Below the pieces are notes generated by a model. It saw only the letters and a program-made list of their open reading frames with translations, was not told where the DNA came from and made no database searches. Shown here piece after piece: positions 19,166 to 28,696 of a DNA stretch of 64,000 nt; position 1 is the stretch's first letter, and every line of letters begins with the position of its first letter. The position numbers and the translations under genes are program-made. Source of the stretch: Alphaproteobacteria bacterium (GTDB taxonomy: Bacteria; Pseudomonadota; Alphaproteobacteria; UBA2966); the NCBI GenBank assembly GCA_964291395.2, contig OZ219856.1:1536001-1600000 (forward strand). Direction: 5' to 3'.

Positions 19166-20254
19166 ATGAAGGGACGCATGGCCTATATGGATGAGCCGGG
19201 AAAGATCTCCATTCGGGAATACGATCTCCCCTCGAAGATCGAGCCGGGGGCGGCCCTGCTGGAAGTGATACAGACCAACGTTTGCGGATCGGAAATCCAC
19301 CTGTTCAACGGCCACCATCCGATGATGCGGAAGGGTGGACTCGGCCACGAGATGATCGGGCGCATCGTCGAGCTGGGCGACGGCCTCGAAACCGACAGCG
19401 CCGGGCAGCCGATCCAGGTGGGAGACCGCGTCGTCCCCGTCTACACGATCAATTGCATGAAATGCCCCGCCTGCCTGAAGGGATACCCCAGCCACTGCGA
19501 GCATACATTCACGTACTTCATGCAGCAGGACACGGCGCCGCATTTCCATGGCGCGACCTTCGCGACCCACTACTACGTCCACCCGGGACAGTTCTTTTTC
19601 AGGGTGCCGGACACCGTGGCCGACGGCGAAGCCGCCGCCGCCAACTGCGCCTTGTCGCAGATGCTGGTGGCGGTCGATGCCGCCGACGTCAAGGCCGGCC
19701 AGAACGTCGTCATCCAGGGTGCGGGCGGTCTCGGCCTGAACGCATGCGCCGTCGCCAAGGAACGTGGCGCGACCGTGATCATCATCGATCGCGTGCCCCT
19801 GCGTCTGGAGCTTGCGCGCGAGTTCGGCGCGGACCACACGATCGACCTCAGCGAGCACAACTCCAGCGAGGCCCGCGCCGAGCACGTCCGTGACCTCACG
19901 AACGGCTGGGGCCCGGAGGTCATCATCGAGGTGACGGGCGTCTCCGAGGTCATCCCCGAAGGCCTGGACATGATCGGCGTCGGCGGCACCTACATCCTGG
20001 TCGGGTCGATCGGCTTCGGGCGCCCGTGCGACTTCGATCCGGCGGTCGCCGTGCGCAAGCTCGTCACCATGAAGGGGGTCATTCGCTACCATCCCAGGTA
20101 CCTGCGAGAGGCCCTGCGGTTCCTCGATCGGACCCGGGACCGCTATTCCTTCGGCAAGCTGCTCGACAGGAGGTTCACCCTCGATCAGGCGCAGGAAGCC
20201 ATCGAAAGCTCGGCGCGCCGGGAATTGGCGCGGGCGACAATCGTCCCGGGCTAG
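19166..20254 (+). CDS. Zinc-binding alcohol dehydrogenase (MDR)
   Basis: CGSE, GHE, CxxCxxC..C and GAGGLG motifs. Confidence 0.92.
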   Translation: MKGRMAYMDEPGKISIREYDLPSKIEPGAALLEVIQTNVCGSEIHLFNGHHPMMRKGGLGHEMIGRIVELGDGLETDSAGQPIQVGDRVVPVYTINCMKCPACLKGYPSHCEHTFTYFMQQDTAPHFHGATFATHYYVHPGQFFFRVPDTVADGEAAAANCALSQMLVAVDAADVKAGQNVVIQGAGGLGLNACAVAKERGATVIIIDRVPLRLELAREFGADHTIDLSEHNSSEARAEHVRDLTNGWGPEVIIEVTGVSEVIPEGLDMIGVGGTYILVGSIGFGRPCDFDPAVAVRKLVTMKGVIRYHPRYLREALRFLDRTRDRYSFGKLLDRRFTLDQAQEAIESSARRELARATIVPG

Positions 20255-20472
20255 CGTTCCCCGTCTCCGCCGCGCCGCTGCTGGCGACCCAGCCCAACTC
20301 CATGCCCATGGGGTTGGACAGATCACGCGCGTGCAGCAATCAGATCTGTTTCACGGCAAACCGGACAGATCATGTGCTAGCGACAAGCGCTCGAAAGCCG
20401 GTTGCGCGTGGAATCGTGGCGTCCTACGCTGGCCTCGGACGTCGTTGAAATCGTGACGACCGGAGGCAGTGC

Positions 20473-21402
20473 ATGGCGTTGAGGGTTGCGCCCGGCGATC
20501 TCTCCATCGAAGTATCGCCATTGTCGATTCACACGGGCGCCGAGATCGCGGGCGTCGATCTGACGCGGCCTCTCGCGCCTCGAGAGATCCGGGACATCCG
20601 CGACGCGCTGGTGACATGGAAGGTGGTCTTCTTCCGCGACCAGTTTCTCGATCACGACCAGCACGTCCGTTTCGCGCGGCAGTTCGGCGACGTGACGCCC
20701 GGTCACGCGGTGTACGGCAGTGTCGAGGGGCATCCCGAAGTCTACGAGGTCTCGAAGCATCGGAAAGCCAGGCGCTATTCGGGCGAACTGCTCACGCGCG
20801 CCTGGACGGGCTGGCACACCGACATCACCTGCGCCATCAACCCGCCCGCGGGCTCCATCCTCCGCGGCCACATCGTGCCGCCCTATGGCGGCGACACGCA
20901 GTGGACCAACCTCGCGGCGGCCTACTGCGGCCTATCGGAGACCATGCGCCGGTTCCTGGACGGCCTGCGCGGCGTCCACCGCATCACGGCACCTCCCGGA
21001 ACGGAGGCCTCGCCGTACCTGAAGGAAACGGTGCAAAGCAGCGGGATGGTCAGCGAACATCCCCTGGTCCGCGTTCACCCGGAATCCGGAGAAAGGGTTC
21101 TGTTCGTCAGCCCATCGTTCCTCAAGTCGATCGTCGGCATGTCCCCGCGCGAGAGCGAGGTCCTGCTGCAGTTCCTGTGGGAACACGTCATCCGGGCGGA
21201 GTACACGGTCCGCTTCGCCTGGCAGCCCGGGAGCATCGCGTTCTGGGACAACCGCGCGACCTGTCACCTGGCACCGGCGGACATCCTGGATTCCGATTTC
21301 GACCGGCTGTTCTACCGGGTGACGCTGGCCGGTGACGTGCCGGTCGGCGTCGACGGACGTCCCTCGACCCCGGTCGAAGGGGACCCGATCGGGACCATTT
21401 GA
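20473..21402 (+). CDS. TauD/TfdA family 2-oxoglutarate dioxygenase
   Basis: WHTD, GGDTQW, HPLVRVHPESG and WDNRATCH motifs. Confidence 0.93.
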   Translation: MALRVAPGDLSIEVSPLSIHTGAEIAGVDLTRPLAPREIRDIRDALVTWKVVFFRDQFLDHDQHVRFARQFGDVTPGHAVYGSVEGHPEVYEVSKHRKARRYSGELLTRAWTGWHTDITCAINPPAGSILRGHIVPPYGGDTQWTNLAAAYCGLSETMRRFLDGLRGVHRITAPPGTEASPYLKETVQSSGMVSEHPLVRVHPESGERVLFVSPSFLKSIVGMSPRESEVLLQFLWEHVIRAEYTVRFAWQPGSIAFWDNRATCHLAPADILDSDFDRLFYRVTLAGDVPVGVDGRPSTPVEGDPIGTI

Positions 21403-21408
21403 GGGGCC

Positions 21409-22284
21409 TCAAGGACTCTCGCGGGTGTTGATCCAGATACCGGTGACGATCAGTCCGGCCCCGAGGACCAGCCAGACCTCGACGCCCTCGCCATAGAGCA
21501 GCCAGCCGATCACGCCGATCAACGGCAGCCGCAGGAAATCGACCGGAATCACGACGCCCGTTTCGGCGGCCATGAAGGCGCGCGCCAGACAGTAGTGGGC
21601 GGTGAGGCCGACGATCCCGACCACGACCACCCACGGCCAATCCTCCGCCGTGGGCACGACGAATCCCGGAAGCGCCGGGCCGAGACCGATCACGAACTGG
21701 ATCAGGAACATGTAGAAAAGAATGGCGAGCGGCGTTTCGGTCGCCGTCATGCGCTTGGTGACGACGAAGACGACGGCGTAGCAGAACGCCGCCGCCAGCA
21801 CGATGAGGGCCGCCGACTCGACCGGGATGACCCCTGGACGGAGGATCACCAGGATTCCGCCAAAGCCGAGGAGGACGGCGAGAGCCCGTCGGACGGTCAG
21901 ACGCTCTCCAAGGACCAGGGCGGCAAGCAGGACCGTCCAGATCGGCGCGCTGAACTCGAGCGCCGTTATCTGCACCAGCGGTATCAGGGGAAGCGCGTAG
22001 AACCAGCTGTATTGTCCAACGTAGTGAACGACGTTGCGGCCGAGGTGAAAGGCGGGAATCGAGGTTCGCAATTGACCGAAGCCCGTTTCTCCGAGTCCGC
22101 CGCGCGCCAGGAAGCCGACGATGACGAGCAGCGAAATGGCGCTGCGGTAGAGCATGATCTGAAAGGCGTTGAGCTCCCCCGACAGCTCGCGTCCGGCCAG
22201 GGCGAGCGACGTGAACGAACAGATCGCGCCGAGCATCCACAGGCCACCGACGAGCGGCGAGGATTGAGGCAGGCGTGACGTCAT
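21409..22284 (-). CDS. DMT/EamA family transporter
   Basis: Multi-pass membrane protein; LGER and ILRPG motifs. Confidence 0.9.
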   Translation of the reverse strand: MTSRLPQSSPLVGGLWMLGAICSFTSLALAGRELSGELNAFQIMLYRSAISLLVIVGFLARGGLGETGFGQLRTSIPAFHLGRNVVHYVGQYSWFYALPLIPLVQITALEFSAPIWTVLLAALVLGERLTVRRALAVLLGFGGILVILRPGVIPVESAALIVLAAAFCYAVVFVVTKRMTATETPLAILFYMFLIQFVIGLGPALPGFVVPTAEDWPWVVVVGIVGLTAHYCLARAFMAAETGVVIPVDFLRLPLIGVIGWLLYGEGVEVWLVLGAGLIVTGIWINTRESP

Positions 22285-22340
22285 GAAGGAACATCATTCA
22301 GACCCTCGGTACGCGCCGCAAGTAACGGGAGAGCTGCAAC

Positions 22341-22694
22341 TAGAGCACTTTTCGTTCAGACGGGGTCATATCCTGCAGCGGCGAAGTAGTTTTGGCATTC
22401 GGCCGGGGTGAAGTTGTCTGTGGCTTGGCCGGTGGCCTCCCAGAGTTCGTTGAGGGTGCGTGCGGCTCTGCGCTTGAGGTAGGCCTTGAGCTTGGAGAAG
22501 GCCATCTCGATCGGGTTGAAGTCGGGGCTGTATGGCGGCAGGAAGCGCAATTCGGCTCCGGCGCCCTGGATGGCGTCGCGCACGGCGGCGCTGCAGTGGC
22601 AGGCAAGGTTGTCCATCACCACGATGTCGCCGGGCTTGAGCGAGGGCACTAGCACCTATTCGACGTAGGCGAGGAAGGCGGCGCCATGCATGGC
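22341..22694 (-). mobile_element. IS630-family remnant (3' end only, internal stop)
   Basis: VVMDNL..H and [12 protein letters not shown] motifs; end TAGAGCAC; close copy of 33880-34230. Confidence 0.9.
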
Positions 22695-22821
22695 AACCCG
22701 AACATGCCCATGTGAAGCTTGGTGGTCCAGCCGCGGCGGGACCTGCCGATCGACTGAGGACCGTTTTTTGCGCCGCCGCGCCAGTACATATTCCAGCCGT
22801 CGTTGACACATGAGCCGCCGT

Positions 22822-22976
22822 CACGCCCACACAGCAGCTTGGGATACCGACCGCCGGCCCCGGAAACGATCGTACGCCAAGCTGGCCGCCCGGCTCCGCT
22901 ACGCTCCGCCGGCCACCCAGCTTGGCCGAGAAACCATCAATGCACTTTAACTGGACCAGTCAGCGGGGGCCGATCA
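22822..22976 (+). mobile_element. IS3-family 3' remnant with right end
   Basis: RPHSSLGYRPPAPE motif; terminal ACTGGACCAGTCAGCGGGGGCCGATCA ending in CA. Confidence 0.75.
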
Positions 22977-23007
22977 GCCTCACTGCGCAAGGCATATTTG
23001 AAAGCGA

Positions 23008-24399
23008 TTAAATCAGACCGGGCGGTGGCCCAATTGGCACAATCGATTGTTCAAAAGCCGCGCCGATTCGAAGGGCAGACGCCTCGTCGTTCCTTCGGGT
23101 GATGATCTGCAGTCCACCCGGCAAATGTTCGGGTGTCAGTCCCATCGGCAGGGACAAGGCGCAGGTAGCCAAATAACTCACAGGCCGCGTAAAGCGCCCA
23201 GCTATGGCAGACCGGTCGATATCCGGCAAGGGAATGGGAGCCGTCGCCATGGTGGGTGTAAGTACCGCAGCGAAGCCACGCATGCTTTCCTCAAACGCAG
23301 AGAAATGGATTTGCCGCTGCAGGCGGGTGGCGATGTAGTCGCGAGCCGAGATGTCTCGTCCCGCCAGGACCTTGCGGCGAATTTCTTCGTCGACACGGGC
23401 GTCCGGATTCTCCATCAGGGTACCGTGATGGGCATAGACTTCCGCAGTAAAAATTAGACCGTTTGCTTCGGCCATGGTTTGATAGGGAACAGGCGGCTCG
23501 TAAGGAATGATTTCCGCACCCAACGAACGCAGGCGCTCCAACGCGACGTCGTAAAGCCCTAGAATTGCCTCTTCCACGCCCTCGCGATCCTGTTTCCGCA
23601 GCGCACCGAGACGGAGACCACGAATACTTTCTCCCGTCACCTCTGCCGAAATGCCGTGGTCACCCAAATGGTGTTCCAGATCTCTGGCGCTTACTCCTGC
23701 CATGACATCGAACATGAAAGATGTGTCGGCCGTAGAACGGGTCATCGGCCCTGGCGTATCTTGCGTGTGCGAGCAGGGAATAATACCGTCGGTGGGCAGA
23801 AAGTTTTCGGTCACTTTGAGTCCCACGCCGCCACACCAGGCGGAAGGCATGCGCACCGAACCACCGGTGTCCGTTCCAACAGCACAGGGCACAAGACCGG
23901 CCGCGACAGCAACGCCCGAGCCACTCGAGGAACCGCCGGGTGTGCGATGAATTTGCAAATCCCATGGGTTCCACGGAGTCCCCATGTGCTGGTTGGTGCC
24001 CCAACCGCCCATTGCGATTTCGGTCGTTTTGGTCTTACCAATCAGGATACCGCCCGCGGCAAGCAACCGCTGTGCGATTGTCGCCGTGGCCGGTGAAAGG
24101 CGTTGAGCCATCTCCGCCGAGCCGCCGGTGGTGATACGGCCCTCAACATCAATTAGGTCTTTGAGGGCAAAGGGAATGCCGTGGAATGGACCGACCTGAT
24201 GACCGCTACGGATCGCCTTGTCGGCAGCTTCCGCCGCAAGGCGTGCATCATCGGCGTAGACAGCCTGGAATGCACCAAGTTTGCTGTCGAGGGTCTCAAT
24301 CCTGCTCAATATGGCGTCGATGACTTCGCTCGGCGCCACGGCGCCATGTCGGTAGTCCTGCGCCAGGCCAATTGCACTCTGAAATGGGTCGGTGGACAT
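23008..24399 (-). CDS. Amidase-signature family amidase (lower GC than backbone)
   Basis: ALKD, PGGSSSGS and GTDTGGSVR (Lys-cisSer-Ser triad). Confidence 0.93.
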   Translation of the reverse strand: MSTDPFQSAIGLAQDYRHGAVAPSEVIDAILSRIETLDSKLGAFQAVYADDARLAAEAADKAIRSGHQVGPFHGIPFALKDLIDVEGRITTGGSAEMAQRLSPATATIAQRLLAAGGILIGKTKTTEIAMGGWGTNQHMGTPWNPWDLQIHRTPGGSSSGSGVAVAAGLVPCAVGTDTGGSVRMPSAWCGGVGLKVTENFLPTDGIIPCSHTQDTPGPMTRSTADTSFMFDVMAGVSARDLEHHLGDHGISAEVTGESIRGLRLGALRKQDREGVEEAILGLYDVALERLRSLGAEIIPYEPPVPYQTMAEANGLIFTAEVYAHHGTLMENPDARVDEEIRRKVLAGRDISARDYIATRLQRQIHFSAFEESMRGFAAVLTPTMATAPIPLPDIDRSAIAGRFTRPVSYLATCALSLPMGLTPEHLPGGLQIITRRNDEASALRIGAAFEQSIVPIGPPPGLI

Positions 24400-24509
24400 C
24401 TATTCCCGCCTTCTTGTTGATCGTTTGCGGCACTTCGGCATTTTCGGACTAACTGGATCGGACCAATAGAACCAACAATCGGGGTCTCTCAGGCCTCACT
24501 CCGTAGCGG

Positions 24510-24719
24510 CTAAGGCTCAATTGCAGACCGATCGTACCGGCCAGCAATGGAGTGGAAGGGGAAGCGACCCAGAACCTTGTCGCCAGCGGAAAGCTCCAGC
24601 ATCCAGTTCCCCGATTCGCTTCGGCACGGTCCAACCTTTTCGACACCTTGGAGGTGGATGGGATGAACCGCGGCGTTCCCCTGCACAAACACGGTGATCG
24701 CCCTCGACTCCTCACTCAT
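24510..24719 (-). CDS. Small hypothetical protein
   Basis: 69 aa ORF with plausible composition and GGAG-like upstream sequence. Confidence 0.4.
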   Translation of the reverse strand: MSEESRAITVFVQGNAAVHPIHLQGVEKVGPCRSESGNWMLELSAGDKVLGRFPFHSIAGRYDRSAIEP

Positions 24720-24986
24720 GTCCGTCTCCTATCTTCCGTTCGGGGCTCAAATCATGCCCCGCAGACGTACCCTCCGGGAACCGACCCCGGCTGAGAAGCG
24801 TTGAGAACCACGTTTCCCGTCTCGGTTCGGGCTGCGCCTCCAGGAGGATACAAGAACGGCAGCACCGCGACGGGCGTCCGGCCCCGCATGACCACACGGA
24901 GTTCGTGCACGTCACCGCCGATTGCAACTGAGGCCGATCGGGCCGCCGGGCGGGAGGCCGAGCGTCTCCCTCCCGTCCGGCGGTCA

Positions 24987-25077
24987 CTCAGATGTGGATG
25001 CGCTCGATCTCGTCGAGCGAGATCTCCTCGGGCAGTTTGTTGTAGAGCTGCGTCGTACGCGTCGAGGCGTGGCCCGC
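24987..25077 (-). pseudogene. C-terminal piece of a split tyrosine recombinase
   Basis: AGHASTRTTQLYNKLPEEISLDEIERIHI* carries the catalytic His and Tyr. Confidence 0.88.
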
Positions 25078-25109
25078 AAGCGGGGATCAATTCCGTCAGC
25101 CCTTTCGCT

Positions 25110-25243
25110 TACCCTCCACGAGGTCCATTAAACACCTATAAATCAATCACTTGACACAGGTGAACAGACGCTTCATCCTACCAACGCTTTCGCTATGCAT
25201 CCACCCTATCCGCGCCTGGGCGGGGGGATAAATGGGGGGATAA
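25110..25243. promoter_or_regulatory. Left att accessory sites: arm-type repeats and IHF consensus
   Basis: TGGAGGGTA (minus strand, 25110-25118); AATCAAtcacTTG 25141-25153 fits WATCAANNNNTTR; GGGGGGATAA twice at 12-bp period (25222, 25234). Confidence 0.65.
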
Positions 25244-25252
25244 TCCTCTGGC

Positions 25253-26479
25253 ATGAAAGGTGAGAACGAGAAGCAAAAGCGACAATACAAGCGTCCGTTG
25301 ACAGCCAAGTTCGTCCAGTCTGTACGGGCCGCAGGCAAGTACTACGACGGTCCTGGTAGAGGATTGTATCTGCGCGTCACGCCGACAGGCTACAAGTATT
25401 GGGAGACACGCCTCACCGTCAACGGCAGGCGGCGCACCCGTGGACTGGGACCTTATCCTGCGCTCTCGCTGAAGGAGGCTCGTGAGCAAGCGCAGGAGCT
25501 TCGAATCCAAGTACGTAAGGGTGAAGATCCATTCGTCGGCAAAGGCGCTCGGGAATTGACCTTTGCCGAGGCCGCGGCTTGCGCCATCGCGGACCGCCAA
25601 TCCCAATGGTCGAACCAGGACGAGATGAAGAGGAAGTGGCTTGGCGTATTCGAGCGCTATGTCTATCCAAAAATTGGGCACTGTCCCGTGTCAGCCATTA
25701 CACCGCATGACGTGGTAGATGTTCTTCGTGGCGTTGAAAAATCTTTTCGCCGGAGCTTGCCTGTCGTGCATCAGCGTATGGGTGTCGTGTTCAAGTGGAG
25801 CAGGACCAACGGTCACTACACCGACAATCCGGTCGCCTCCATTGTTCTCAAGGATGTGTTCGGCGCAGCCCCTTCCTCGCGTCATCATCGCGCCTTGCCT
25901 CATGCGCAAGTGGCCGGTGCAATGGCGCTCGTGCGCGAATCCGAGGCGTGGTTCGGCATCCGACTGCTGTTCCTCTTTGTCGTCCTGACCGCTGTGCGTA
26001 CGAACGAGGCACGCGGGACTTTGTGGTCGGAGATCGATTTCGAGGCTGCGCGGTGGACGATACCGGCCGCTCGCATGAAATCGCGCGAGGAACATAGTGT
26101 GCCCCTGTCGACGGCGGCTCTCTCCGTGCTGAGTGAGGCTCGCGACTCCGAGCCCCTTTGCGCCGCTCGTGAGCATAGCGGCCTTCCCGAGGTTGTATTC
26201 CCGTCCCCACAGGGCCAGGTGCTCTACCACAACGCGCTCTCTAAACGCGCGAAATTGCTGCGAATTGCCGCAGTGCCGCATGGCTTTCGTTCATCATTTC
26301 GGGACTGGTGCGGCGAGACGGGTGTGGAGTTCGTCGTTGCCGAGAAATGCCTCGCCCACGAGGTAGGCAACGACGTCGTAACCGCGTACTCGCGTTCTGA
26401 CCTCTACACCCGCCGTGTTCCGGTCATGGAAGACTGGGGTCGGTATGTAATTCCGGGTTCTGGCGGCGCGGCCCGCTGA
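25253..26479 (+). CDS. P4-like tyrosine integrase with arm-binding domain, apparently intact
   Basis: DG.GLYLRV..G.K.W and GLGPYP..SL.EAR arm domain; catalytic R (TAVR), K (RMK), HGFR, LAH and AY. Confidence 0.93.
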   Translation: MKGENEKQKRQYKRPLTAKFVQSVRAAGKYYDGPGRGLYLRVTPTGYKYWETRLTVNGRRRTRGLGPYPALSLKEAREQAQELRIQVRKGEDPFVGKGARELTFAEAAACAIADRQSQWSNQDEMKRKWLGVFERYVYPKIGHCPVSAITPHDVVDVLRGVEKSFRRSLPVVHQRMGVVFKWSRTNGHYTDNPVASIVLKDVFGAAPSSRHHRALPHAQVAGAMALVRESEAWFGIRLLFLFVVLTAVRTNEARGTLWSEIDFEAARWTIPAARMKSREEHSVPLSTAALSVLSEARDSEPLCAAREHSGLPEVVFPSPQGQVLYHNALSKRAKLLRIAAVPHGFRSSFRDWCGETGVEFVVAEKCLAHEVGNDVVTAYSRSDLYTRRVPVMEDWGRYVIPGSGGAAR

Positions 26480-26641
26480 GGTCGGCCGATTTTGGTCGGC
26501 ACCGCACTTCCATCGTTTTCGCAACACGATTTGGGAGGAGGTTGAAGCGAAATATCATGATGCCGTGCGAGCCAACCTTCGAAACTGACCGGACCCCCGC
26601 TGAGCCGGCGCTGGGACATCGACGCCCACTCAGGCGCTTGG

Positions 26642-26866
26642 TCAAAGCCTGCAGCGTCGTTGTTTACCCTCTGGTCGACGTCCCCGTCCGCTGCCGTCAG
26701 GTGCAGCGGCGTCAGGCCGGTATCGCTTTACCGACAGACCGAGGGCGTCGACGATCTCGCTTTTGACGAACGCGGCGGGATGGACGGGGTTCTTAATGTG
26801 GATGCCTTGCGCGTGCGAAACCGCTTCGACGAGGGACCGGTTCGGGTCCATGCCGAACGCGCTCAT
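26642..26866 (-). pseudogene. Chimeric antitoxin remnant (XRE-type N-terminus plus internally deleted HigA-like part)
   Basis: MSAFG...SLVEAVSHAQG followed by IKNPVHPAAFVKSEIVDALGLSV then KRYRP; no complete HTH. Confidence 0.6.
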
Positions 26867-26936
26867 TTCCTCCTCCTTTCCCCGTTCCGGGCACTGCCAC
26901 CGGCGAGCACGGAACGCCCCTTGACTCCCGCACCGA

Positions 26937-27077
26937 CTAAACCATAAACGCCCCAACGATCAGGGTCAGGGACAAGACCAGGTTCAAGCCCAGCATCCAC
27001 TTCAAGAGCGTGAGATCGTTCTCGATCTTCGCCAGTCGATTGTCGTACCCCGCGATTTCTTCCGTCGCCAATTCCAT
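26937..27077 (-). pseudogene. DUF1640/CCDC90-like coiled-coil plus TM C-terminal fragment
   Basis: EEIAGYDNRLAKIENDLTLLKWMLG motif. Confidence 0.6.
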
Positions 27078-27172
27078 GGCGCCTCGCCTATTCGGAACAG
27101 TCCGTCCGCATCCGCACCCGGACTTCCCCGGCGAGAGCCGAAGACATCGCCTCCCCATCCCCGATCATCCGC

Positions 27173-27373
27173 TCAACGGCCGCTGCCGCGGTCGCACCAG
27201 GAACGCCGGTCCGCCAACAAGGCCTCGGCACGGGCGATGTCGTCCCGTGCCTTGGCGATGAACTCGGCGTCGCCGCCGGCCTCCTCCAGACAGGCCTCCA
27301 GATACGCGGCCATTTCCTCCGGCGTGCGGAGGTGCCCGGCGACGTCGTACGGCGAGGTGACGGTTCTTGCCAT
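27173..27373 (-). pseudogene. Truncated addiction-module antidote protein (HI1420-like)
   Basis: PYDVAGHLRTPEEMAAYLEACLEE...FIAKA.DDIARA; the HTH half is missing. Confidence 0.8.
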
Positions 27374-27397
27374 GATCACACCGGCATTGCACCCGTC

Positions 27398-27637
27398 TCA
27401 CCGCTCCTCGTCCCGGTCCTCGCGCAGCATCTCGGCGGAATGGCGTCGCAACCGGGGCATGTCGGTGCGGAACTCCGCCAGCTCCTCGAGCGGCAACGGG
27501 GTCTTTGGCCGGGCGGCCGGAGACATGCGCGCAATGGGCCGGCCATGGCGGGTGATCGACACTTCCTCTCCGCCCTCCACCCTGTCGAGCAGTTCGCTCA
27601 AGCGCCCCTTCGCGTGGGCAACATCGACCGTCAACAT
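27398..27637 (-). CDS. Phd/YefM antitoxin, orphan
   Basis: AKGRLSELLDRVEGGEEVSITRHGRPIAR. Confidence 0.88.
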   Translation of the reverse strand: MLTVDVAHAKGRLSELLDRVEGGEEVSITRHGRPIARMSPAARPKTPLPLEELAEFRTDMPRLRRHSAEMLREDRDEER

Positions 27638-27703
27638 AACACCATCATCTCTCATTCCCGGCCACGCAGAGACCACGCGGGCTCGTCGCTCGCCCGGCCT
27701 CCG

Positions 27704-27940
27704 TCAAGCCTTTCGAGGAGGTTCCTCGTCCAGGGCGGACTCCAGGGACCCTTCGTCCGTGACGCCGGCATCCCCAGCTACGTGGCGAAGAATTCCCCTG
27801 GCCGCGCCAGCGGTCTTCGGCACGATGGTAATGCGCCCGTCGGCGACGAAGCTGCGGACCTCGTCGCCTGGTCCGATCCCGGCCTCCCTGCACTGATCGG
27901 CAGGGAGCGTGATCCGGCGCCTGGCGCTCACTCGCGGCAT
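27704..27940 (-). CDS. AbrB/MazE-type antitoxin, orphan
   Basis: MPRVSARRRITLPADQCREAGIGPGDEV. Confidence 0.85.
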   Translation of the reverse strand: MPRVSARRRITLPADQCREAGIGPGDEVRSFVADGRITIVPKTAGAARGILRHVAGDAGVTDEGSLESALDEEPPRKA

Positions 27941-28094
27941 GGGACCATTCCCCGGACAGGAGCAATAGCGAAAGGCAATGTCGAATTCTCCACCAGCGGC
28001 TCAGCGGCAAGGAGCCTGCAACACCGGCGGGACCGAAGGACAGCTCCTGGCGCTCTCCGGTCCGACGGCGTCGAGGGCGTGATGTTCTGGAGCA

Positions 28095-28361
28095 TCAGCC
28101 GGCCACCAGACTTCCGGTCTCCCGGAACAGGCGATCGTATTCGGCCAGCAGCGCCTCGTCCGCAGGTTCGTCGTGCTCCCACTTGCGCCACTCGACCAGA
28201 GCCCTCCACCACATCCGATCCACCGCTTTCGATCTCGGATCGGTCGCTATAAGGAACACCGGCATCGGACACGGCCACCAGGTCTTGGCTGGCACGCCGA
28301 GGGGTGCGAGCGCGATAGCTGCCGCTCCAGCCGCGCCCCGCATCGTGGATTCATATGTCAA
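28095..28361 (-). CDS. Small Trp-rich hypothetical protein
   Basis: TTG start overlaps the stop of 28358..28696. Confidence 0.4.
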   Translation of the reverse strand: MTYESTMRGAAGAAAIALAPLGVPAKTWWPCPMPVFLIATDPRSKAVDRMWWRALVEWRKWEHDEPADEALLAEYDRLFRETGSLVAG

Positions 28362-28696
28362 GGCGTGTTCTCCCCTTCTGCCACGTCATCGACTTCCCTG
28401 AGCACCGGAACATCGTCATCCCCGCCGGCGCCCGGCACCTCCTCCAGCACCGGCTTGGCCAGCGCCGCCAGGTACAGTTCCAGGTCCTCCCGCAGTTCCT
28501 CCAGAGTATTGCCCTGGGGAGCCCGGCCCTCCACGGACCAGGCGACGATCTCTTGGGCATCGCCGTCGATCTCATAATGGACCTCGTGCACGACGTAGAA
28601 GTACGGCTCGTCCCATCCGGACACGTGCCGGTGCCTGATGACCCGATGGTTCCACACGCTGCGTTTCTCATCGGTGTCGCTATCCGATGCCGCCAT
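28358..28696 (-). CDS. Hypothetical protein with WNHRV..HEVHY..GNTLEEL motif (phage-type, possibly HicB-like fold)
   Basis: GGAGG RBS; acidic 112 aa ORF. Confidence 0.7.
   Translation of the reverse strand: MAASDSDTDEKRSVWNHRVIRHRHVSGWDEPYFYVVHEVHYEIDGDAQEIVAWSVEGRAPQGNTLEELREDLELYLAALAKPVLEEVPGAGGDDDVPVLREVDDVAEGENTP

Noticed and set aside
26586-26603. TGACCGGACCCCCGCTGA resembling the reverse complement of the IS3 end at 22976
   Set aside because: Short gapped similarity with no adjacent transposase sequence
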